A stretch of DNA of 64,000 bases from Candidatus Versatilivorator sp. (lineage in GTDB: Bacteria; Acidobacteriota; Terriglobia; Versatilivoradales; Versatilivoraceae), in NCBI GenBank assembly GCA_965207735.1, contig OZ242296.1:4000001-4064000 (forward strand), in the 5' to 3' direction. How positions within the stretch are numbered: the first letter of the stretch is position 1; each line of letters starts with the position of its first letter. The position numbers and the translations under genes were made by a program. Shown one piece after another: positions 56,857 to 64,000 of the stretch. The notes below the pieces were generated by a model, which saw only the letters and a list, made by a program, of their open reading frames with translations, ran no database searches and had not been told where the DNA came from.

Positions 56857-58026
56857 ATGAGTGAATCCGATCTCAACATCACGCTCGGCGTCGAGGAGGA
56901 GTTCTTCCTGGTCGACCCCGACACCCGCGACCTGGAGTCCGATCCAAACCCTGGTATCTTTGAGGCCTGCGAGCAGAACCGCGGGCCCCACACGGTCGCA
57001 CACGAGGTTTTGCGGACGCAGATCGAGACCAGCACCAGGGTGTGCGGGTCGGTGACGGAGGCCTGCGAAGCAGTGTGGGAAACCCGCCGCCTGGTGATCG
57101 AGGCTGCCGCCGAGCACGGGGTGGCGGTGCTGGCGGCGTCGACCCACCCGTTCGCCGAATGGAAGTCCCAACTCATCACGCCGCGGGAGCGCTACGAGCG
57201 ATTCGTCGTCACCTTTCAGGAGAGCGTGCGGCAGCAACTCATCGGCGGCATGCACATCCACGCCGGCTTCGGCGACCCCGACTCGCGGATCCGGGTCATG
57301 ACGGCGATGCGGCAGTACCTGCCGCTGATCCACGCGCTGTCAACATCCTCGCCGTTCCATGGCGGGCGCGAGACGGGCTTCAAGTCCTACCGCCTGAACA
57401 TCCTGGGAGTGCTGCCCCGCACCAGCCTGCCGAGCCCGCTGTCGTCGCGGGCGGAGTATGAACGTCTCTTGGCGACCTACCGGCGCATGCGCTTCATCCA
57501 GAGCGGCAGCGAGCTGTGGTGGGACATTCGACCGTCCCAAAACTTTCCGACGGTGGAGATACGGATCTGCGACGTTTGCCCGCGTCTCGACGACGTGGCC
57601 AGCATCGTGGCGCTCTACGCTTCGCTGGTCCGGCGCCTGTTGCGCCTCGACAGCGCAGGTCTGCTGCCCCCCGATCCGCCGACCGAAATTATCGCAGAGA
57701 ACCGCTGGCTTGCCCAGCGCTACGGCGTGCTGGCGTTCTTCGGTGACATGAACAGCGCCGAAGGGCGCGTCGACATCGAAGATTACGCCGCGCGGCTGGT
57801 GGAGGATTTGGCGGAGGATGCGCACAAGCTCGGCTGCGAGCGGGAGCTTCGCCACGTGCTCACCATCGTTCGAGAAGGCAGCGGCGCCGACCGCCAGCTC
57901 GACCTTTTTCGGCTCCGCCGGCTGGAGGGCGACACCGAGCAAGAAGCGTTGCGGGCCGTGGTCGATCTGGTGATTGCCGAGACCCGCAAGGGAGTGCGCG
58001 CCGATGCCTGGAGGACCCCTCATTAG
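56857..58026 (+). CDS. ybdK: Carboxylate-amine ligase (glutamate--cysteine ligase 2, YbdK family)
   Basis: TLGVEEEFFLVD, GMHIH, SSPF, WWDIRPS..FPTVEIRICD, ENRWLA.RYG. Confidence 0.88.
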   Translation: MSESDLNITLGVEEEFFLVDPDTRDLESDPNPGIFEACEQNRGPHTVAHEVLRTQIETSTRVCGSVTEACEAVWETRRLVIEAAAEHGVAVLAASTHPFAEWKSQLITPRERYERFVVTFQESVRQQLIGGMHIHAGFGDPDSRIRVMTAMRQYLPLIHALSTSSPFHGGRETGFKSYRLNILGVLPRTSLPSPLSSRAEYERLLATYRRMRFIQSGSELWWDIRPSQNFPTVEIRICDVCPRLDDVASIVALYASLVRRLLRLDSAGLLPPDPPTEIIAENRWLAQRYGVLAFFGDMNSAEGRVDIEDYAARLVEDLAEDAHKLGCERELRHVLTIVREGSGADRQLDLFRLRRLEGDTEQEALRAVVDLVIAETRKGVRADAWRTPH

Positions 58027-58034
58027 CGCCAATT

Positions 58035-58072
58035 CCTCACTCTGGGGTGGACCTAAATTGGGGGGGAGGTCA
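58035..58072. mobile_element. Orphan IS3-family-like terminal repeat
   Basis: CTCACTCTGGGGTGGACCTAAATTGGGGGGGAGGTCA; reverse complement begins TGACCTCCCCC, like IS3/IS407-group ends; no transposase nearby. Confidence 0.45.
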
Positions 58073-58313
58073 CAGAGTCCGTAGAAAAGCCTCAAGGTCA
58101 CCCAACTGCAGTACAACTGAGGCACGTTGCGTGGGGGCAGGAAGGGCTCGACCTCTACCCGAACGCGCTCGCTGCCCACACGAATTCCTGAAGCGGTCTC
58201 AAATTAGTCAACGCCTCGGCTGTTGGTCGCGGCAGATAGTGCCGTGTCAAACAATTTCCCTAGTGATAGCGCCACGCTTCCGGGGTCTGAAATTGTGCCG
58301 CTGAGTCTCAACT

Positions 58314-59540
58314 ATGCGCTTTGGCAAAAAACAAGTCCCGGCCATCCGTTCCCAACTCTTCAACCGCAATTTGGCGATCCTGCTATTCGCGCAGGCAGTG
58401 GGGATCACCGGCTGGTTCGCTGTCGTTACGGCTGGCGGAATCCTTGGCCGTAGCCTGGCGGCAAACCCGGCCCTGGCGACCTTGCCGGTGTCACTGCTCG
58501 TCGTGGGCAACGCCGTTTGCGCGATCATCGCTTCGTGGACCATGGCGCGCGTGGGCCGCGCCCGTGGCTTTGCGATTGGCGCCACGGTGGGCGCCCTCGG
58601 AGCAGCCTGTGCTTTCCTTGCAACCCTGACTCACGACTTCGCGCTGCTTTGTGGCGGCTCGATCACGATCGGCTGCGCGGCCGCATTTTCTCAGCAATAC
58701 CGCTATGCCGCCACTGAATGTGTCGGTGCGGCGGCCGCACCAAAAGCGATCTCAATCGTGCTTTTGGGCTCCATCGTTGGCGCTTTCCTCGGCCCGGGAC
58801 TGATATCGTGGGGTGAGTCCTGGGTCGCGGGAGCACCGTTCGGTGGCTCGTTCGCCGCTATTGTGGCGTGCTATTTACTTGGCGCTGCCGCCCTCCTTGC
58901 CTTGCGGCCGATGACCCCTTCGGCCGAGGAAGAAACAACCGGGGGCGCTCGTCCTCTGCGCGTCATAGTTCGCGGCCGCTTCTTTATCGCGGCCGTCACG
59001 GGGGGCGGGGTCGGGTGGGGCGTCATGACTGTCTTGATGACGGCCGTACCGCTGGCCATGCATGTTGTCGACGGGTATTCCCTGGCGGCAACGGCGTCGA
59101 TCATCCAGGCCCATGTGCTGGCCATGTACCTTCCTTCATTGATCAGTGGTGCTCTCATCGGACGCTTCGGCGCCGGGCGGGTGATGATTGGGGGAGTGGC
59201 GCTGCTGGGCGCCACCCTGGTTGCGGGCCTGGCGGGCCGCCACATGCTGCACTACGGCCTGGCCATGGTGGCGCTCGGCGTCGGTTGGAATTTCCTCTAT
59301 GTTGGAGGAACGACGCTACTGGCCCGAGCCCATCGTCCAGCCGAACGCTTCCGTGTTCAGGCGCTGAACGATTTCAGCATTATGGGTATCTCGGCCCTTG
59401 CCTCCTGGAGTTCGGGGGCAGTCATGGAGCTGCTTGGCTGGAACTGGGTGCTCTACTCCTCGATTCCCGCCATCCTCGTTGCAGCAATGGTCATTCTCTG
59501 GGTACGTCCGGACCATCCGCCGGCAACTGACCGCGCATGA
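58314..59540 (+). CDS. MFS transporter
   Basis: ~12 TM segments; M.RVGR..GF; QYRYAA.E; GVGWNFLYVGGT.LL. Confidence 0.88.
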   Translation: MRFGKKQVPAIRSQLFNRNLAILLFAQAVGITGWFAVVTAGGILGRSLAANPALATLPVSLLVVGNAVCAIIASWTMARVGRARGFAIGATVGALGAACAFLATLTHDFALLCGGSITIGCAAAFSQQYRYAATECVGAAAAPKAISIVLLGSIVGAFLGPGLISWGESWVAGAPFGGSFAAIVACYLLGAAALLALRPMTPSAEEETTGGARPLRVIVRGRFFIAAVTGGGVGWGVMTVLMTAVPLAMHVVDGYSLAATASIIQAHVLAMYLPSLISGALIGRFGAGRVMIGGVALLGATLVAGLAGRHMLHYGLAMVALGVGWNFLYVGGTTLLARAHRPAERFRVQALNDFSIMGISALASWSSGAVMELLGWNWVLYSSIPAILVAAMVILWVRPDHPPATDRA

Positions 59541-59618
59541 GAGCAGGGGCGGCTGTCAACGGTCATCGGAAACCGCGTCAATCTGAACAGATGGTCGTCC
59601 GCAACATCTTGTAAGAAT

Positions 59619-59649
59619 TAGGGGACGTTGTTGAATTACTGGAATAACT
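59619..59649 (+). repeat. RAYT end motif, inverted relative to 60612-60646 and 61341-61375
   Basis: TAGGGGACGTTGTTGAATTACTGGAATAA. Confidence 0.8.
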
Positions 59650-59744
59650 TACCCAGTTTTTTCTTCCTGCAGTTTTGTGGAGTGTGCAACTAGATGATGC
59701 ATGGAAGTGTACCGCCCCCGATTCCCCGGACAGATACCATGCAC

Positions 59745-60155
59745 CTATTTCTCCGTGGAATGACGTCCTACGTAGCTAAGCGCGGCGCGAGCGAGCAGGC
59801 CTGACCGTGTTTCCCCTTCTCGGGCCGCCGCCTTGTCCACAATCGCCAGAACGCGGGCGGGCACCGTGATGTTGATTCGCTTGGTCTTGCTCAACAGCTT
59901 GGAGAGATCAACGTTCACGAGTGCCCAAATCCCAGACTTGTAATCATCATTCGCCTGGTGTGTTTCCAACGATTCCTTGGCAGGTATGGGTTCTCCATCC
60001 ATGAGGAGTCCCTCCAGATGGCAGGCAATAGCCTCCTGGGCCGCCTCGACGGCTTCCTCAAGCGTATCTCCCGCCGAAAAGCAGCCAGGCAGATCTGGTA
60101 CGCTAACCCCATAAGCACTCTCTACGTCCTTGTGGATCACAACCGGGTATCGCAT
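59745..60155 (-). CDS. hicB: HicB antitoxin
   Basis: YPVVIHKD..SAYGVSVPDLPGCFSAGDT.EEA...RINITVP...TRS..LA. Confidence 0.92.
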   Translation of the reverse strand: MRYPVVIHKDVESAYGVSVPDLPGCFSAGDTLEEAVEAAQEAIACHLEGLLMDGEPIPAKESLETHQANDDYKSGIWALVNVDLSKLLSKTKRINITVPARVLAIVDKAAAREGETRSGLLARAALSYVGRHSTEK

Positions 60156-60156
60156 C

Positions 60157-60351
60157 TCAGCGGTCCTCCCATTTCCAATTGGCTTGTCGGTAGATGTTGC
60201 GCAGAGTGCCGATGGGGATCTCCTTACTGGGGTGCGTCACAGTGACCCGTCCGGACTTTTCAGGGTGAACGAATTGGTGATGGCTTCCGCGCACGTTGCG
60301 GGACACTCAGCCATCCCGCTTCAGTCTCCGAATAACCTCCGCGCTCCTCAT
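60157..60351 (-). pseudogene. hicA: HicA toxin with nonsense codon (likely TGG to TGA) at codon 15
   Basis: MRSAEVIRRLKRDG*VSRNVRGSHHQFVHPEKSGRVTVTHPSKEIPIGTLRNIYRQANW; stop at 60309-60307; TGTGTATAAT 7 nt before the ATG. Confidence 0.85.
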
Positions 60352-60611
60352 TGTATGTATTATACACACTATCTCACTCTTAGAACCTCACAGAGTGTGC
60401 TGTGCGCGCTTGGCGCCCTCAGGGACAGTTTTAAGAGCCAAGTCGCAGCGTTCCAAGCGTTTGCAAGTCCCCCGCCCCACGATTTCATTGGACAGTGATT
60501 TGAGGGACTCTATGAGAAGCTACACGAGAGGAGGATCACCCAGTTTCCTCACGCCATCCCGGATTTTCCCTCTGTTTTTCTTCCCTTTCCAGGCGTCGAC
60601 AGAATCGCCAG

Positions 60612-60646
60612 ACAGAATAATTCCACTAATTCAACAACGTCCCCTA
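60612..60646 (-). repeat. RAYT end motif, 35-bp exact direct repeat with 61341-61375
   Basis: ACAGAATAATTCCACTAATTCAACAACGTCCCCTA. Confidence 0.85.
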
Positions 60647-60662
60647 TTGGCTCCCCGAGAGT

Positions 60663-61349
60663 CACGGTCACCTTTTTCAGAATCGTTACAAATCCATTGT
60701 GTGTGAGGAGGACGGCTATTTTGTGGAGTTACTCCGCTACATCCATCTCAATCCTATTCGTGCCGGGCTGGTCGGCACTTTAGGCGAATTGGAGCATTAT
60801 CCCTGGATCGGGCATGCAGTGCTGTTGGGAGAGGTCGTAGGGAGCTGGCAAGAACGGGAGTGGGTCCTGAGTTGGTTCGGCAATACGGCCGATAGTGCCA
60901 AGAGGGCCTATCGGGAATTTGTAGCGGCGGGGGTGGGACAGGAGCGGCGGCCTGGGCTGGTCGGAGGAGGACAGGTCCGATCAGGAGGGGGTTGGTCGGT
61001 AGTTCGCGGCCGCAGTCGGCAAAAAGCAGGGAATGGGCGCATCCTTGGCGGTGAGGTCTTCGTGGACACGGTACTACGGGAAGCGGAAGAGCGAATACGC
61101 CGACAATTGGAGGTGCGACGAAACCAGTCTGGTATGACCGAGGCAATAGAGGAGGTCTGTCAGCAGGCTGGTGTCAGCCCACTGGAACTTAGGGCGGGCA
61201 GTCGGCGGAGGCAGGTGTCAAAGATTCGAGCGTTGCTGGCACAACGGTTAATGGAGGAATTCGGGCTTTCCCTGGCGGAAGTTGCTCGCGAGTTAGGGGT
61301 CTCTCTCTCCGCAATTGCCAAGAGTTTACAGAAGCGCCATACAGAATAA
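60663..61349 (+). pseudogene. 5'-truncated RAYT-like Y1 (IS200-fold) transposase with C-terminal HTH
   Basis: HGHLFQNRYKSIVCEED.Y..ELLRYIHLNP.RAG...YPW.GH; C-terminal SLAEVARELGVS.SAI; HUH-containing N-half absent. Confidence 0.8.
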
Positions 61350-61375
61350 TTCCACTAATTCAACAACGTCCCCTA
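61341..61375 (-). repeat. RAYT end motif overlapping the transposase stop codon
   Basis: Identical 35-mer to 60612-60646. Confidence 0.85.
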
Positions 61376-61385
61376 CTTTTCACTG

Positions 61386-62846
61386 TCAGGCAATGATGTC
61401 GTGCACGACGTTGCCGTAGACATCGGTCAGGCGGAAGTCGCGGCTGTTGTGGCGGTAGGTGAGCTGCTTGTGATCCAGGCCCAACAGGTGGAGGATGGTG
61501 GCGTGAAGATCGTGATGCGAGACGCGATCCTTGACAGCGTGCATGCCGAGCTCGTCGGTCGCGCCGTGCGTGATCCCCGGCTTGACGCCGCCGCCCGCCA
61601 TCCACATGGAGAAGCCGTAGTGGTGATGGCCGCGGCCGAGGGATTCCTCCTTACGAGCCTCCTCCATCGGCGTGCGACCGAACTCAGTGGCCCAGACGAC
61701 GAGAGTCTCGTCCAGCAGACCGCGCGACTTCAGGTCCATGATGAGGGCGGTGATCCCACGATCGGTGCGCGCCGCGTTGGTGCGGTGGTTGTTGATGAGC
61801 CCGCCGCGGTTGCCGTGCGCGTCCCATCGCCGCCCCTGGGCGCCGTCGAGAATCTCCACGAAACGGACGCCGCTCTCCACCAGCCGTCTCGCCGTCAGGC
61901 ACTTCCTCCCGAAGTCGGTGTCGCCATATAGAGCCTTCACCGAGTCCGGCTCGCTCCGGATATCGAAGATCTCCGGCGCTTCCATCTGCATGCGAAAGGC
62001 CGTCTCGAATGCGGCGATGCGCGCGTCGAGCTCGGGTTGGGTGCGATAAATACCGCGATGGAGGCGATTCAACTTCCGCACCAGATCCAACTGCGCGCGC
62101 TGCTGGCCTCGGCTGAGAAATGCCGGTGCATTGATGTGCGGCACCGGTGGATGTCCGGGCTTGAAGTCCGCCAGCGTGGCCTGGTGGATACCAGGGAGGA
62201 ATCCGGCCTGGTGAAGCGCGCGCCCGCCGGACGGTCGGCCGTCTGTCATCACCACGAATCCCGGCATGTTCCGGTTCTCCGTCCCCAGACCGTAGGTCAC
62301 CCACGAGCCAAGACTGGGGTGGCCCTGTCTGGAATAACCCGTGTGCATGAGGATCTGGCCGGTGAAGTGAAGTGCTGAATCGGTGTGCATCGACTTGATG
62401 AATGCGATGTCGTCGACCACCTTGGTCAGGTTCGGGAAGATCTCGCTGACCCATGCGCCGCTCTGCCCATAGCGCTTGAAGGAGAACACCGGCGGAACGA
62501 TGCGCGTGTTGGTGTAGGACTTCTCCGGGTTAAGGCCATTCAAGTCTTTTTTGGAGAATATGTCTCGTGCCAATCTTCCGGCGTACTTTTTCAGAAGCGG
62601 CTTGTGATCGAACGTCTCCAGCTGACTTGCGCCGCCGACCATGAACAGCAAGATGACGCTCCTCGCCCTGGGAGCGAAGTGTGGCTGCCTGGGCGCAAGT
62701 GGCTCGCTGAGGTCAGGCGCCGCACCGCTCGCTGTCTGGTCCGCGAGCAGGCTGGCCAGAGCGATGCCACCCAGGCCCAGTTCCTTGAGGAACCCACGGC
62801 GGTCCCTGCCAATCGGTCGAGTTCGATAAGCTGCGTCAGTGAACAT
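61386..62846 (-). CDS. DUF1501 domain protein (Tat signal)
   Basis: DRRGFL; ARSVI.LFM.GGASQLETFD.KP; CL.ARRLVESGVRFV; WATEFGRTP; RLTDVYG. Confidence 0.9.
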   Translation of the reverse strand: MFTDAAYRTRPIGRDRRGFLKELGLGGIALASLLADQTASGAAPDLSEPLAPRQPHFAPRARSVILLFMVGGASQLETFDHKPLLKKYAGRLARDIFSKKDLNGLNPEKSYTNTRIVPPVFSFKRYGQSGAWVSEIFPNLTKVVDDIAFIKSMHTDSALHFTGQILMHTGYSRQGHPSLGSWVTYGLGTENRNMPGFVVMTDGRPSGGRALHQAGFLPGIHQATLADFKPGHPPVPHINAPAFLSRGQQRAQLDLVRKLNRLHRGIYRTQPELDARIAAFETAFRMQMEAPEIFDIRSEPDSVKALYGDTDFGRKCLTARRLVESGVRFVEILDGAQGRRWDAHGNRGGLINNHRTNAARTDRGITALIMDLKSRGLLDETLVVWATEFGRTPMEEARKEESLGRGHHHYGFSMWMAGGGVKPGITHGATDELGMHAVKDRVSHHDLHATILHLLGLDHKQLTYRHNSRDFRLTDVYGNVVHDIIA

Positions 62847-64000
62847 AGATGAATTCGTTCAGGCTCATGACGGCATGGCAATATTGGACCAGCGGGCTTC
62901 GCGCATCCAAAGACCCCGGCTCCTTGCTTGCCTCCAAGGAGCCAGCGCGCCGTTGACCGAGAAACGACAGGCCGATCTCGCGTTCTTCCACGGTCGGCGG
63001 CCGAGAAAGAGCAATCCGGTATGCCGACTCGATCTGTCGGCCGGGGTCGCCTCCGACTCTGTCCCGCACCCGTTGTGCGAAGCGCTTCGCTTGCTCCCAC
63101 ACGAATGGCGCATTCAGCGTGAACGCCGTGCTGCTCGGTGTCGTGCTGATGTCACGAAGGCCGACGCTTTGCGTGTTGTCCGGAAGGTCGAAGATCTTGA
63201 GAACCGGATGGAGGATGAAGCGCGGCGACATGAGGTAGACTGACCGGCGCCAGGTGTCCGGCGTGTCCTTGAAAGGTTCCTTGCGGCTGCCAATGGAAGT
63301 GCTGGGCCCGTACATGTTCGTGCGCAGAGCGCCGGAGACGCTCAACATATGATCGCGGATGACTTCAGCCTCCATGCGCAAGGGCCTGCGGTGCCACAGG
63401 TACTCGTTGTAAGCATCGCGCTGGGCCTGAGCCAACTCCGTGCTGGCCGCCTGTCTGTATACGGCGCTGTTCATCATCAGCCGGTGGATCGGTTTGAATC
63501 GCCAGCCCTCCTGGATCAGCTTGGAAGCGAGCCAATCCAGCAGAGCGGGGTGCGTGGGTTCGGTACCGAGTCTGCCGAAATCATTGGGAGTGCTGACGAT
63601 GCCGCGCCCGAAATGATGTTGCCAGAGACGATTGACGATCACCCGAGCCAGCAACGCACCGGCGCCGTGCTCGACGTCGGTCAGCCAACTCGCAAGCATC
63701 CGAAGCTTCGACGCCTCAAGCTGCGGCTCGGGGCCATCGGTGGCCTCGGGACGGGGCCGCCAATCCTTCGCGCTGCGACCGTCCCGCATCAAGACGCGCA
63801 GGAACCCTGGCTTGACTGGCTTGATGGGGCGCGCCCAACTACCGCCGGCCAGAAGATGGGGTGTGGGTACCTCCAGGGCAACATACTTGCCGCCTGCATC
63901 TGGCTTGACCTCGGCTTCGTCGAAGAATACAGCCGTCAACTGATAATATTCTTCGGCCGTGATCGGGTCGATCTTGTGGTCGTGGCAACGCGCACACCCG
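62836..64000 (-). CDS. DUF1549/DUF1553 (PSD1-type) protein, C-terminal part; start lies beyond the window
   Basis: CARCHDHKIDPITAEEYY at the window edge; ARVIVNRLWQHHFGRGIVSTPNDFG..G..PTHPALLDWLA; SLNEFIYVH. Confidence 0.9.
   Translation of the reverse strand, partial: GCARCHDHKIDPITAEEYYQLTAVFFDEAEVKPDAGGKYVALEVPTPHLLAGGSWARPIKPVKPGFLRVLMRDGRSAKDWRPRPEATDGPEPQLEASKLRMLASWLTDVEHGAGALLARVIVNRLWQHHFGRGIVSTPNDFGRLGTEPTHPALLDWLASKLIQEGWRFKPIHRLMMNSAVYRQAASTELAQAQRDAYNEYLWHRRPLRMEAEVIRDHMLSVSGALRTNMYGPSTSIGSRKEPFKDTPDTWRRSVYLMSPRFILHPVLKIFDLPDNTQSVGLRDISTTPSSTAFTLNAPFVWEQAKRFAQRVRDRVGGDPGRQIESAYRIALSRPPTVEEREIGLSFLGQRRAGSLEASKEPGSLDARSPLVQYCHAVMSLNEFIYVH

Noticed and set aside
60307-60309. TGA recoding (Trp or Sec) in hicA
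   Set aside because: TGA is used as a normal stop by many genes here, including hicA itself; a point mutation is simpler.

Overview
GC-rich bacterial chromosomal window. The domain content (Acidobacteria-type surface domains, NHL/FN3/cadherin/Calx-beta adhesins, DUF1501/DUF1553, sialidases) suggests an Acidobacteriota-like, possibly host-associated organism; this is inference. Left half (1-28.3 kb): an imperfect segmental duplication of a unit made of a giant FN3/cadherin/Calx-beta surface protein, an exported NHL-repeat beta-propeller protein and a divergent GAF-PAS-kinase-REC-wHTH regulator (1-8450 vs 17820-26164), plus a third, collapsed NHL copy. The NHL arrays (11, 12 and 1 repeats) have a near-invariant scaffold with three hypervariable patches per repeat and appear to be reshuffled, while the flanks stay nearly identical. 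Between the copies lie an exported hydrolase gene and a plasmid-like cassette (dif-like site, MazF-type TA, DUF4041 protein, ParA plus partner, HigBA). Right half: exported glycan/peptide-degrading genes (GH-like, TldD/E, sialidases), two 1487-bp copies of one IS that each disrupt a gene, an IS-split restriction endonuclease, several TA modules (two with dead toxins) and a truncated RAYT-like Y1 transposase whose end motif recurs four times and brackets hicAB. No rRNA, tRNA or CRISPR array was seen.
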